Below are positions 54,981 to 64,000 of a stretch of DNA of 64,000 nucleotides, in pieces (the first letter of the stretch is position 1; each line of letters begins with the position of its first letter). The position numbers were made by a program, and so were the translations under genes. Location of the stretch: positions 104,778 through 168,777 of the forward strand of contig CBDFGH010000006.1 in assembly GCA_965247145.1 (NCBI GenBank). The letters are read 5' to 3'. A model generated the notes under the pieces. It saw only the letters and a list, made by a program, of their open reading frames with translations. It searched no databases and had not been told where the DNA came from. Source of the DNA: Rickettsiales bacterium (GTDB lineage: Bacteria > Pseudomonadota > Alphaproteobacteria > Rickettsiales > JAIXRX01).

Positions 54981-57900
54981 ATGCTGCTGGCGCGCGATCT
55001 TTCCCAGCCCGGCTATCACCGTTTGCACGGCGTGGCGACCGGTGCGGAAGCGCTGGCATTGCGCGAAATCCTCGCCGTATCCCCCAAGAAATTTGTGCTG
55101 ATGGCCGCGACGAACGACCGCGAGGCCCAGCGCATCCAGCAATCTCTCGCCTTCTTCGTGCCGGAAGCGGAAGTGCTCTCTTTCCCCGCCTGGGATTGCA
55201 TGCCCTACGACCGCACCTCGCCCAATGCGGCGATCTCGGCGGCGCGGGTGGCGACGCTGGCGCGGCTGCTGCTGCGCAAGAAAGACACCAGCCCGCTCAT
55301 CGTCATCACCACCGTGAACGCCCTGATCCAGAAGCTGCCGCCGATGGATCTGCTGACGAAGAATGTGCAGCAGATCAAGAAGGGCTCGCGGCTGGATACG
55401 GCCAAGCTGCAGCAGACATTGGTCGAGCTGGGCTACAACCGCGTGAGCAAGGTGATGGAAGCGGGCGAATATGCGCTGCGCGGGGACATCGTCGATCTCT
55501 TCGTGCCGGGGCAAACCAGCGGCTGCCGCATCGATCTGTTCGGCGACGAGGTGGAAAGCATCCGCGCGTTCGACCCCCTCACCCAGCGCACCGAAGGCAC
55601 GGTGGAGGGTTTCCTGCTGCAACCGGCGGGCGAGATTCTGCTGAACCAGATGGCGATCAATACCTTCCGCACCAAATACCGCGAACTGTTCGGCATGCCG
55701 GGCAACAATGACATGCTGTACGAGGCGGTGACCGCAGGCCGCCACTATCCCGGCGCGGAACATTGGCTGCCGCTGTTCTATCCGCGGCTGGATACGCTGA
55801 TGGATTATGCCGAAGGCGCGGTGCTGGTGCTGGATGCGCAATCCGAGGAAATGCGCCGCGAGCGCTTGGAAACCGTGCGCGATTATTTCGCTGCCCGCCA
55901 GGGCATGGACAGCAAGCCGAAGAACAAGGTGCTGGAATCGGCGGTCTATCATCCCCTGCCTCCGGAAATGCTCTATCTCGACAAGCGCCCCTGGGAAAAA
56001 GCCATCGAAACCCTGCCCATGGTGCAGCTCACGCCCTTCGTGCCGGACGACAATAAGCGCGATATGGCGAACCTCGCCACCAAGCCCGCGCGTAATTTCA
56101 CCGGCGAACGCCGCGAAGGCGCGAAGGTGTTCGAGGCGTTGAAGGAATACCTGACCGAAGCCAACAAGCTGCACCAGCCCGTGCTCTTCGCCAGCGCCAG
56201 CGCAGGCACGCGCACCCGTTTCGGACAGATTCTGCTGGATCAGGGCATCACCACCAAGCCGGTGGAAAGCTGGGAAGACGCCACCCGCCTGCCGGAAGGC
56301 TTGGCCGGGCTCGCCATCTTCCCGCTGGAGCGCGGATTCGAAGGCCCGCGCGGGCGCTTTCTGAGTGAGCAGGATATCCTCGGCGAACGCATCAAGCGCA
56401 CCACCAAGCGCAAAAAAGCGACCGACTATTTCATGGCCGAGGCGGCGAGTTTGGCCGAGGGCGATCTGGTCGTGCACCGCGACCATGGCATCGGCCGCTT
56501 CGAAGGCCTCATCACCATGGAGGTGCAGGGGCTGAAGCGCGATTGCCTGAAGATCGTCTATGACGGCGAGGACAAGCTTTTCATCCCGGTCGAAAACATC
56601 GAGATCGTCAGCCGTTACGGCAACCCGACCGAGGACGGCGCGGTGGCGCTCGATCGCCTCGGCAGCGTCAGCTGGCAGAACCGCAAGGCCAAGCTGAAGG
56701 AGCGCATTCTGCTGGCCGCAGAAGATCTGCTGCGCGTGGCGGCGGAACGCAACGTGCAGAAAGCGCCGGAATACCACCCCAATGCCGGACTGTACGGCGA
56801 ATTCACCGACCGCTTTCCCTATTCGGAAACAGAAGACCAGGAAAAAGCCATCGAAGACGTATTGGCCGATCTCGCCGCCGGGCAGCCGATGGACCGGTTG
56901 GTGTGCGGAGACGTAGGCTTCGGCAAAACGGAAGTGGCCCTGCGCGCCGCCGCCGCCGTGGTTTTCGCCGAGAGCGACACGCCCGCCCAGGTGGCGGTCA
57001 TCGCCCCCACCACCTTGCTCGCCCGCCAGCATTTCGCCAACTTCACCAAACGCTTCGAAGGCCTGCCCGTGACCGTGCGGCAGATGTCGCGGATGGTGAC
57101 GCCGAAGAAGATGAAGGAAACGCAGGAAGAGCTGCGCCACGGCAAGGTGGATATCGTCATCGGCACCCATGCCATCCTCGGCAAGTCGGTCGAGTTCCCC
57201 AATCTGGGGCTGATGGTGGTGGATGAGGAACAGCATTTCGGCGTGGCGCAGAAAGAAAAGCTGAAAGCCCTGCGCGCGCAGGTGCATGTGCTCACGCTCT
57301 CCGCTACGCCCATACCCCGCACATTGCAGATGGCGCTTTCCGGTGTGCGCGAGCTTAGCCTCATCACCACCCCGCCGGTGGACCGCCTGGCCGTGCGCAC
57401 CTTCGTGCTGCCGTTCGATGCGCTGGTGCTGAAAGAAGCGGTGCTGCGCGAGCGCCATCGCGGGGGCCAAGTCTTCTACGTTGCGCCGCGCATTTCCGAT
57501 CTCGCGCTGGTTTCCAGCCGCATCAAGGAAATGGTGCCGGACATCCGCATGGCGGTGGCCCACGGCCAGATGCCGCCTGCGGCGCTCGATGAGATCATGA
57601 CCGAATTTTACGAAGGCAAATACGATCTGCTGCTCTCCACCAGCATCGTCGAATCCGGCCTAGATGTGCCGAGCGCGAACACGCTGATCGTGCACCGGGC
57701 GGACCGTTTCGGCCTCAGCCAGCTCTATCAGCTGCGTGGCCGGGTGGGCCGGGGTAAAATCCGTGCCTATGCCTATTTCACGCTGCAGCACCAGAAAACC
57801 CTCACCGCCACTGCCCTGCGCCGCTTGGAAGTGATGCAATCGCTCGATACGTTGGGCGCGGGTTTTACGGTGGCCAGCCACGATATGGATATTCGCGGCT

Positions 57901-58508
57901 TCGGGAATCTGCTGGGCGAGGAGCAAAGCGGGCATGTGAAGGAAGTCGGCATCGAGCTGTATCAGCAGATGCTGGAAGAAGCGGTGGAAGCCGCGCGCCG
58001 CAAGGCCAAGCGCGTGGGGTTGGAGATTCAGGATGCCGCCGCCCCCGCCACGGAGGAAAGCTGGACGCCACAGATCAATCTCGGCCTCAGCGTGCTCATC
58101 CCCGAGGAATATATCTCCGATCTCGAGCTGCGCATGGGCCTGTATCGCCGCGCGGGCACGCTGCATATGGAAGAGGATGTGGATGCGTTCGAGACCGAAC
58201 TGATCGACCGTTTCGGCCCCATCCCCGAAGAGGTGGCGCATCTGCTCACCGTCATCAAAACCAAAATCCTCTGCCGCCGCGCGGGCATCGAAAAGCTGGA
58301 TGCGGGGCCGAAGGGCATTACCCTCACCTTCCGCCCCGAATCCGCCGTGGAACCCACCGCCCTCCTCGGCTTCATCGCCCGCTCCTCCGGCAAAGCCAAG
58401 CTGCGCCCGGATAACAAACTGGTGATTCTGGAAGAATGGAAGAACGAGAAGGAACGATTGAAAGGCGTGCAAAAATCGGTGAGCGATCTGGCGGGATTGG
58501 CGGCTTAA
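54981..58508 (+). CDS. mfd: Transcription-repair coupling factor
   Basis: 1175 aa with CGDVGFGKTEVA, DEEQHFGV, SATPIPRTL and QLRGRVGRG motifs. Confidence 0.96.
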   Translation: MLLARDLSQPGYHRLHGVATGAEALALREILAVSPKKFVLMAATNDREAQRIQQSLAFFVPEAEVLSFPAWDCMPYDRTSPNAAISAARVATLARLLLRKKDTSPLIVITTVNALIQKLPPMDLLTKNVQQIKKGSRLDTAKLQQTLVELGYNRVSKVMEAGEYALRGDIVDLFVPGQTSGCRIDLFGDEVESIRAFDPLTQRTEGTVEGFLLQPAGEILLNQMAINTFRTKYRELFGMPGNNDMLYEAVTAGRHYPGAEHWLPLFYPRLDTLMDYAEGAVLVLDAQSEEMRRERLETVRDYFAARQGMDSKPKNKVLESAVYHPLPPEMLYLDKRPWEKAIETLPMVQLTPFVPDDNKRDMANLATKPARNFTGERREGAKVFEALKEYLTEANKLHQPVLFASASAGTRTRFGQILLDQGITTKPVESWEDATRLPEGLAGLAIFPLERGFEGPRGRFLSEQDILGERIKRTTKRKKATDYFMAEAASLAEGDLVVHRDHGIGRFEGLITMEVQGLKRDCLKIVYDGEDKLFIPVENIEIVSRYGNPTEDGAVALDRLGSVSWQNRKAKLKERILLAAEDLLRVAAERNVQKAPEYHPNAGLYGEFTDRFPYSETEDQEKAIEDVLADLAAGQPMDRLVCGDVGFGKTEVALRAAAAVVFAESDTPAQVAVIAPTTLLARQHFANFTKRFEGLPVTVRQMSRMVTPKKMKETQEELRHGKVDIVIGTHAILGKSVEFPNLGLMVVDEEQHFGVAQKEKLKALRAQVHVLTLSATPIPRTLQMALSGVRELSLITTPPVDRLAVRTFVLPFDALVLKEAVLRERHRGGQVFYVAPRISDLALVSSRIKEMVPDIRMAVAHGQMPPAALDEIMTEFYEGKYDLLLSTSIVESGLDVPSANTLIVHRADRFGLSQLYQLRGRVGRGKIRAYAYFTLQHQKTLTATALRRLEVMQSLDTLGAGFTVASHDMDIRGFGNLLGEEQSGHVKEVGIELYQQMLEEAVEAARRKAKRVGLEIQDAAAPATEESWTPQINLGLSVLIPEEYISDLELRMGLYRRAGTLHMEEDVDAFETELIDRFGPIPEEVAHLLTVIKTKILCRRAGIEKLDAGPKGITLTFRPESAVEPTALLGFIARSSGKAKLRPDNKLVILEEWKNEKERLKGVQKSVSDLAGLAA

Positions 58509-59896
58509 CCGACGCTGGGGCCGAGGCCGATCATATCGCCCAGCTTGCGCGCCAGGTGGTTGATGTTCGCGCCCACGCGATGCGGCAGACTGTTGCCCAT
58601 CAAACCCGCCACGCCAAAGACGATGGCGGTGCCCACCGCGATCACGCCTACGGTCATTACCGTGTTGCTCATCGCCATCTTGGAAGTGCTGACCTTGCCG
58701 CCATTCCTGGCCGCGCGCTCTTCTTCGATCTTCTTGGTATGCGCGCCGCTGGCTTTAAGCGCACTGCCCATAGCAAATAACCCGATGGTGGCCGCCGTGG
58801 CCGCGATCATGTTGTTGTCGTGCGATTTCTGCGTGGGCACGGTGCGCGGGTCGATCTTCGCCTCGGTCGCCACAACGCTAAGGAACTCGCTGACATCCAG
58901 TTGCTTGCCGTAGTGCGATTCTTCGTTTTCGAAACGGTTCGCCGCCATCTTGGCCATTTCGCTTTCCAGCGTATCGCGGCTGACATGGCGAATTTTCTGC
59001 GCTTCCCGGCCCGGCAATTGATCCACGAACTGGTGCAGTGTGGAGATGATGATAGCGCGTGTATCCTTATCGACCAGTTTCGACTGCTGAATGAAAGCAT
59101 AGACCGCGTTCACGTTGGCGAAGGTTTCGCTTTCCGGGCGTTCAGATTCAGTCGCCTCATACTGCGCCTTCGTCATCCTCTCGTACTTCTTATCTTTTGA
59201 AGCCTCTACCTTCGGCTCTTCGGTTTCCTTTGGGCTCTGATCCGCGGGAGTTTTTCCCGTGGCCGCAGGCTTTTCTTTTTCCGCTTTCGGCGTTTCTTTC
59301 GGTGCCGCTGCTTCTAATTTTTTTTCAAATTGCTGAGTGATGGCCTTTGCGGCTTCCGGCAGGAAGATGGCGGCGAAGGCCGAGGTGCCCTTGCCGTCTT
59401 CCGCCAGGGTTTTGGGATCGACCGCCATCAGCTCTTTGGCCAGATTGCCGTAAATTTCCAGCGTCAATCCCGCACCGCGCAGCGGCGTATCCTTCGGAAT
59501 TGCAGCTTTTGCTGCATCGATCAAGGGTTGGGCGAGATATTGCAGGGCGTCTTCACCATGGGCCGAACCTTTGGCCCGCTTTTCCGCCACCGCCGCTTCC
59601 ATCCATTGCACCATGGCAGCGCGACTATCCGCCAAATGGGGCTTGGGATGGGTTTTCTTGTCCGGCTCCGTGCCATTCTCTTTGCACTCCGCCAGGTAAG
59701 CGTCATGGGCGGTGCGTTCCTGCTCGAAGCGATCATGGCTTATAGCATGGTGCAGCACTTCCAGCGCCTGATAGCGCTGATCGATTTCCTTAGTATATTG
59801 ACCACCATCCACTTCTTTGCCGAACGCCACGGCATCAATGATCGCGAAGCGATCATGGTCGGGGAAAACGATGAAGGGAGAGGATTTGACGACCAT
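58505..59896 (-). CDS. Hypothetical protein (463 aa) with a C-terminal pair of hydrophobic helices
   Basis: Natural composition. It has a Lys/Glu/Pro-rich middle (PKETPKAEKEKPAATGKTPADQSPKETEEPK). The C-terminus reads MIAATAATIGLFAMGSAL - 30 aa - SNTVMTVGVIAVGTAIVFGVAGL. The stop shares a TTAA with the mfd stop. Confidence 0.6.
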   Translation of the reverse strand: MVVKSSPFIVFPDHDRFAIIDAVAFGKEVDGGQYTKEIDQRYQALEVLHHAISHDRFEQERTAHDAYLAECKENGTEPDKKTHPKPHLADSRAAMVQWMEAAVAEKRAKGSAHGEDALQYLAQPLIDAAKAAIPKDTPLRGAGLTLEIYGNLAKELMAVDPKTLAEDGKGTSAFAAIFLPEAAKAITQQFEKKLEAAAPKETPKAEKEKPAATGKTPADQSPKETEEPKVEASKDKKYERMTKAQYEATESERPESETFANVNAVYAFIQQSKLVDKDTRAIIISTLHQFVDQLPGREAQKIRHVSRDTLESEMAKMAANRFENEESHYGKQLDVSEFLSVVATEAKIDPRTVPTQKSHDNNMIAATAATIGLFAMGSALKASGAHTKKIEEERAARNGGKVSTSKMAMSNTVMTVGVIAVGTAIVFGVAGLMGNSLPHRVGANINHLARKLGDMIGLGPSVG

Positions 59897-60056
59897 GCAA
59901 AACCGGCTGGGGAAGAAGATTGAGTCCTCATCCTACCTGCATATCGTTACGATTGTGTGACGGTGGCGGCACTTTCCGCATCTACTTTCCCCTTGCCCGC
60001 CTGCCCGCCCGATGCTACCAAAGCCGCAGATTTCCGCCACAAATGCGCGAGTTGCC

Positions 60057-60758
60057 ATGAAAGCCGCCGTCATCACCTTCCCCGGATCGAACTGCGACCG
60101 CGACGGCCTGACCGCGCTGCGCAGCCAGGCCCGCCGCCTCGGGCTGAAAGACGATGCGGTGATTTCCGTGTGGCATGGGGATGCGAGTTTGCCGAAGGTC
60201 GATCTCGTGCTCGTGCCAGGCGGCTTCACTTATGGCGATTACCTGCGCACCGGCGCGTTGGCCGCCCATTCCCCCGTCATGCAGGAAGTGAAGGCCCATG
60301 CCGCGCGCGGCGGGCTGGTGCTCGGCATCTGCAACGGCTTTCAGATTCTTACCGAAGCGGGCCTGCTGCCCGGCGCGCTGATGCGCAATGCGGGGCTGAA
60401 ATTCGTCTGCCGCAACGTGCATCTGCGCGTGGAAGACACCAGCAGCGTCTTCACCCAAAGCTACACGCCCGGCCAGATCATCGACATCCCCATCGCCCAT
60501 CACGACGGGAATTATTTCGCGGATGCGGACACGCTGAAACGCCTGGAAGACAACCACCAAGTCGCCTTCCGCTACGTGAACGCCGAAGGCGAACCGACCG
60601 GAGACGCCAACCCCAACGGTTCCCAGCACAACATCGCCGGAATCGTGAACGAAGGCTGCAACGTACTCGGCATGATGCCCCACCCCGAACGCCACGTAGA
60701 CGCATTGGTCGGCGGCGAAGACGGGGCAGCATTGCTGAGCGGGCTGCTGGCGGCATAA
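60057..60758 (+). CDS. purQ: Phosphoribosylformylglycinamidine synthase, glutaminase subunit
   Basis: The ATG at 60057 gives [16 protein letters not shown]. Catalytic motifs GICNGFQ and MMPHPER are present. Confidence 0.93.
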   Translation: MKAAVITFPGSNCDRDGLTALRSQARRLGLKDDAVISVWHGDASLPKVDLVLVPGGFTYGDYLRTGALAAHSPVMQEVKAHAARGGLVLGICNGFQILTEAGLLPGALMRNAGLKFVCRNVHLRVEDTSSVFTQSYTPGQIIDIPIAHHDGNYFADADTLKRLEDNHQVAFRYVNAEGEPTGDANPNGSQHNIAGIVNEGCNVLGMMPHPERHVDALVGGEDGAALLSGLLAA

Positions 60759-60771
60759 CCCAACACGCACC

Positions 60772-60851
60772 GTCATCCTGCGCGCAGTCGCAGGATCTCC
60801 GAGCGCTTCCCGCACCAGATCCTGCGACTCCCGTTGGTCGCGCAGGATGAC
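60772..60851. repeat. Nested palindromic element between purQ and purL
   Basis: Outer arms GTCATCCTGCGCG / CGCGCAGGATGAC (60772-60784 / 60839-60851). Inner arms GTCGCAGGATCT / AGATCCTGCGAC (60787-60798 / 60817-60828). Both pairs are perfect. Confidence 0.85.
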
Positions 60852-60870
60852 GAATAAGAGGATAACGATC

Positions 60871-63186
60871 ATGAATGCCCCCGCCCGCACCGAATCCGCG
60901 AAACTCTACGACCAGATCGACGGCTCCGCCGCCATGGCGAAGGAGTTTGGATTGAAGGAGGAGGAATATGCGAAAGTCCTGAGCATCCTCGGGCGCACGC
61001 CGAACATGACCGAACTGGGCATCTTCTCGGTGATGTGGAGCGAGCATTGCTCGTATAAAACCACGCGCAAGCACCTCTCCAAACTCCCCACCAAGGCCCC
61101 TTGGGTCATCTGCGGCCCGGGCGAGAATGCGGGCGTGATCGATATCGGGGACGGTCAGGCGGCGATCTTCAAGATGGAGTCGCACAACCACCCCAGCTAC
61201 ATCGAACCCTACCAGGGTGCGGCCACCGGCGTCGGCGGCATTCTGCGCGACGTCTTCACCATGGGCGCACGGCCCGTGGCGAATCTGAACGCGCTGCGCT
61301 TCGGCTCGCCGGATCATGCGAAAACCCGCCACCTCGTTTCCGGCGTCGTCGCTGGCATCGGCGGCTACGGGAATTGCGTGGGCGTGCCCACCGTGGGCGG
61401 CGAATGCAGCTTCCATGAAAGCTACAACGGCAACATCCTGGTCAACGCCATGAATGTCGGCGTGGCGGATGCGGATAAGATTTTCTATTCCACGGCGGCG
61501 GGCATCGGCAATCCGGTCATCTATGTCGGCAGCAAAACCGGGCGGGACGGCATACATGGCGCGACCATGGCCAGCACAGAATTCACCGAAGGCATGGAAG
61601 AAAAGCGCCCCACCGTGCAGGTGGGCGACCCCTTCACCGAAAAGCTGCTGATCGAAGCCTGCCTGGAATTGATGGCGACAGACGCCATCATCGCCATCCA
61701 GGACATGGGCGCGGCGGGCCTCACCTCCTCCAGCCTCGAGATGGCGGGCAAAGGCGAACTCGGCATCGAACTCGCGATGGACAAAGTTCCCGCCCGCGAG
61801 ACGGGCATGACCCCGTATGAATTCATGCTCTCCGAAAGCCAGGAACGCATGCTGATGATTCTGAAGCCGGAAAAGCAGGAAATGGCGCGCGCGATCTTCG
61901 AGAAATGGGGCCTGGATTTCGCCACCATCGGCACGCTCACCGACACCGGTCGCCTCGTCCTCACCATGCATGGCGAGATCGCCTGCGACATTCCCGTAGG
62001 CCCACTCAGCCACGACGCGCCGATTTACGACCGTCCGTGGGTCATCGAAACCTGGGAGACTAGGCAGTCGCAAGTCGCAAGCCGCAAGTCGCAAGGTAGT
62101 GATGATGCGAAACCAAATGACAAAGACACCCAAGCCCCCCCTGCGACTTGCGACTTGCGACTTGCGACTACCAGCGCCCCGATCATCGACAGCCTCAAAA
62201 CCCTCATCGCCTGCCCCGATCTCGCCAGCAAACGCTGGATCTGGGAGCAGTATGACCGCATGGTCGGCAACGATACGGTGGCCAGCTCCGGCAGCGCGGA
62301 CGCCGCCATCGTGCGCGTGCACGGCACCGGCAAAGCGCTGGCGATGACCACCGATTGCACCCCGCGCTATGTCGCGGCCGACCCCCGCCTGGGCGGCATG
62401 CAGGCCGTCGTCGAATCCTGGCGCAACCTCACCGCCGTGGGCGCAACCCCGCTCGCCATCACCAACTGCCTGAATTTCGGCAACCCCGAAAAACCCGAAG
62501 TGATGGGCCAGATCGTCGGCGCGATCGAAGGCATCGCCGAAGCCTGCCGCGCGCTGGACTACCCCGTCGTCTCCGGCAACGTCTCGCTCTACAACGACAC
62601 CAACGGCCAGAGCGTGCAGCCCACCCCGGCCATCGGCGGTGTCGGCGTATTGAAAGACGTGACGAAACGCACCGGCAACGCCGTGACCGAAGAAGGCCTC
62701 GCGCTGATCCTCCTCGGTGAAACCCAAGGCCATCTCGGCAGCAGCCTCTATCTCCGCGAAATCCAGCGCCGCGAAGACGGCGCGCCCCCGCCCATCGACC
62801 TCGCGCAGGAACGCAAAACCGGCGATTTCGTGCGCGCCCAGATCGTCGCGGGCCACGTCGCCGCCTGCCATGATGTGAGCGACGGCGGACTTCTCGTCGC
62901 CATCGCCGAAATGCTCATGCCCCACGGCATCGGCGCGCATGTCACGCTGCCCGAAGGCCCGGCCCACGCCATAGCGTTCGGCGAAGACCAGGGCCGTTAC
63001 ATTCTGGCCGTGAAAGACGCCAACGTGCTTCTTGCCACTGCCCAATCCGCCGACATCTCCGCCGTCCAACTCGGCACCACCAGCGGCACTGAACTCGGCG
63101 TCGAAGACCATGGCGAGATCAATGTTAAATCCCTCCGCAGCGCCAACGAAGCCTGGCTGCCGGAATATATGGCGGGGGCGAAGTGA
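60871..63186 (+). CDS. purL: Phosphoribosylformylglycinamidine synthase subunit PurL
   Basis: WSEHCSYK and [25 protein letters not shown] motifs. I chose the ATG at 60871, after AAGAGGA, because the track start at 60847 lies in the repeat. Confidence 0.95.
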   Translation: MNAPARTESAKLYDQIDGSAAMAKEFGLKEEEYAKVLSILGRTPNMTELGIFSVMWSEHCSYKTTRKHLSKLPTKAPWVICGPGENAGVIDIGDGQAAIFKMESHNHPSYIEPYQGAATGVGGILRDVFTMGARPVANLNALRFGSPDHAKTRHLVSGVVAGIGGYGNCVGVPTVGGECSFHESYNGNILVNAMNVGVADADKIFYSTAAGIGNPVIYVGSKTGRDGIHGATMASTEFTEGMEEKRPTVQVGDPFTEKLLIEACLELMATDAIIAIQDMGAAGLTSSSLEMAGKGELGIELAMDKVPARETGMTPYEFMLSESQERMLMILKPEKQEMARAIFEKWGLDFATIGTLTDTGRLVLTMHGEIACDIPVGPLSHDAPIYDRPWVIETWETRQSQVASRKSQGSDDAKPNDKDTQAPPATCDLRLATTSAPIIDSLKTLIACPDLASKRWIWEQYDRMVGNDTVASSGSADAAIVRVHGTGKALAMTTDCTPRYVAADPRLGGMQAVVESWRNLTAVGATPLAITNCLNFGNPEKPEVMGQIVGAIEGIAEACRALDYPVVSGNVSLYNDTNGQSVQPTPAIGGVGVLKDVTKRTGNAVTEEGLALILLGETQGHLGSSLYLREIQRREDGAPPPIDLAQERKTGDFVRAQIVAGHVAACHDVSDGGLLVAIAEMLMPHGIGAHVTLPEGPAHAIAFGEDQGRYILAVKDANVLLATAQSADISAVQLGTTSGTELGVEDHGEINVKSLRSANEAWLPEYMAGAK
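62063..62172. repeat. In-frame hairpin element inside purL built from heptamer microsatellites
   Basis: The left arm, GGCAGTCGCAAGTCGCAAGCCGCAAGTCGCAAGG (62063-62096), is four GTCGCAA-type heptamers. The right arm, CCCTGCGACTTGCGACTTGCGACTTGCGACTACC (62139-62172), is its reverse complement at 31 of 34 positions. The loop is 42 nt. Confidence 0.9.
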
Positions 63187-64000
63187 ATCGAGTTTCTACC
63201 GTAATTATCGCTTTGATACTTTCACTCTTCCAAACTTATGGAGCGGAAGCCGCCTCGCACAAAGCGGTAAGTACATCAGAAATCGTTTTTGATACGCCGT
63301 CTGGTGCGAATTCCGATAACGCAACAAATTATAGAAGCACGGTAAACAATCATTATTACCGTGTATTAGGCGGACATATATTCTCGATTGGAGAAGCATT
63401 TCAGATTCAGGCCCCATATTGGGAAGGCGATGAACATATCCGGTATTCAGCGGATATTTATGAAATGAAACAGAACAAGCAAGTTCCCATTCTGCAACCT
63501 GTCAGCAACATACCCATAGAAATGGCGGCAAAACCGATTCTTCGTATTCCTTATGCAGACTCCATTCATGTGTTTTTTAATGGCCAGATCCTGAAACTTC
63601 CCAATGCCATCGAAACAGAATCAAAACCATTGACCGACGCGTTGATAATTTCGAATTCATCGAGTTGCTGTGGGGGTGGTGATGATACGAATTATTACGA
63701 CCTTAAAACGAAGAAGCGAATCTTCTCTATTTCTTACGCGCCGAGCGAGGAAAATAGGGAGGATGCCTTACCTATGCAAAAAGATGGGCAATGGGTTCTA
63801 CTGACATTGACCGCTCAATCTCCCACTGAATCTCATCCGGGCAAAAATGGAGGCAGGGGCATGGTCGGGCGTCGCGCGACTTTACGTATGGATCTACTGA
63901 GCGCCGACGCTAAAAGTTCTATCGGCACTACAGTGTTTTTGCCGAAAGATCTCGAAACGATGTGCCAAGAAGGGTGTAATTTTGAAATAGAAAAAGATGA
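63183..64000 (+). CDS. Hypothetical secreted protein, AT-rich gene, partial (runs off the right edge)
   Basis: Absent from the ORF track (no stop in the window). The frame is open from the GTG at 63183, which overlaps the purL TGA (GTGA), to the end of the window. It translates [25 protein letters not shown] (signal-like), then ...[16 protein letters not shown]...[15 protein letters not shown]. Line 63301-63360 hand-counts to 23/60 GC. Confidence 0.5.
   Translation, partial: MNRVSTVIIALILSLFQTYGAEAASHKAVSTSEIVFDTPSGANSDNATNYRSTVNNHYYRVLGGHIFSIGEAFQIQAPYWEGDEHIRYSADIYEMKQNKQVPILQPVSNIPIEMAAKPILRIPYADSIHVFFNGQILKLPNAIETESKPLTDALIISNSSSCCGGGDDTNYYDLKTKKRIFSISYAPSEENREDALPMQKDGQWVLLTLTAQSPTESHPGKNGGRGMVGRRATLRMDLLSADAKSSIGTTVFLPKDLETMCQEGCNFEIEKD

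Noticed and set aside
59955-60056. Possible ZTP (pfl) riboswitch upstream of purQ (GTGACGGTGGCGG ... CCCGCCTGCCCGCC)
   Set aside because: The resemblance to the conserved GUGACUGGCG and CCGCCUGGGC elements is only partial. I could not build the P1/P2/P3 helices convincingly by eye. A covariance-model scan (Rfam RF01750) would be needed, and a score above the gathering threshold would revive the idea.
50001-62172. CRISPR array interpretation of the 15-bp tandem repeat (50001-50051) or the heptamer arrays (62063-62172)
   Set aside because: The repeats are directly abutting with no spacers, are far shorter than CRISPR repeats, lie inside coding frames, and have no cas genes nearby.
9968-63111. 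Very long ORFs antisense to conserved genes: 9968..11785 (-), 17511..19157 (+), 50495..52531 (+), 54663..57563 (-), 60478..63111 (-), 41148..42044 (-), 33110..34462 (-)
   Set aside because: These are classic high-GC shadow ORFs. They lie opposite lepA, dnaE, recG, mfd, purL, bamA and the DUF2333 gene. Their composition is dominated by R, G, H, A, V and D, and they have no motifs.
1-64000. tRNA, rRNA, tmRNA, IS elements, integrases, phage or toxin-antitoxin modules, especially next to the AT-rich islets
   Set aside because: Scanning for T-loop-like GGTTCGA motifs gave only hits inside coding sequence with no cloverleaf context. No ORF resembles a transposase, recombinase or known TA pair. This was a search by eye and is not exhaustive.

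Overview
High-GC chromosomal backbone, most likely alphaproteobacterial. Evidence for that placement: LpxI is present, ProRS is the short type, sdhE sits in front of mfd, and the block rpsB-tsf-pyrH-frr-uppS-cdsA-dxr-rseP-bamA-skp-lpxD-fabZ-lpxA-lpxI-lpxB is intact. Hand-counted 60-nt lines give about 60% GC. I support about 50 protein-coding genes. They include lolE (partial), proS, phhA/hppD, lepA, dnaE, recG, sdhE-mfd and purQ-purL. I found no rRNA, tRNA, CRISPR array, IS element, integrase or phage gene. Three things are not explained by ordinary annotation. (1) At least four families of palindromic REP-like repeats fill the intergenic spaces. Two copies sit in frame inside essential genes: a 108-nt element in dnaE, and a (GTCGCAA)n/(TTGCGAC)n hairpin of about 110 nt in purL. 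A third repeat block separates cdsA from its probable ancestral start codon. (2) Several genes look decayed or remodelled: a PfkB kinase frameshifted in a G5 run, an orphan short flagellin with one in-frame TAA, and a PPDK homolog that lacks the ATP-grasp domain. (3) Lineage-specific ORFans are wedged between conserved genes. Most carry Gly/Ala-rich transmembrane hairpins. The best candidate for an undescribed system is 24.3-30.4 kb. It holds two divergently transcribed giant polytopic proteins (735 and 907 aa) that share a repeated module, plus a 279-aa coiled-coil membrane partner coupled through a TAATG overlap. Small AT-rich islets at 2.2-2.75 kb and 63.2-64.0 kb encode signal-peptide proteins and have no mobility genes. 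All homology calls come from motif recognition by eye; no database search was run.
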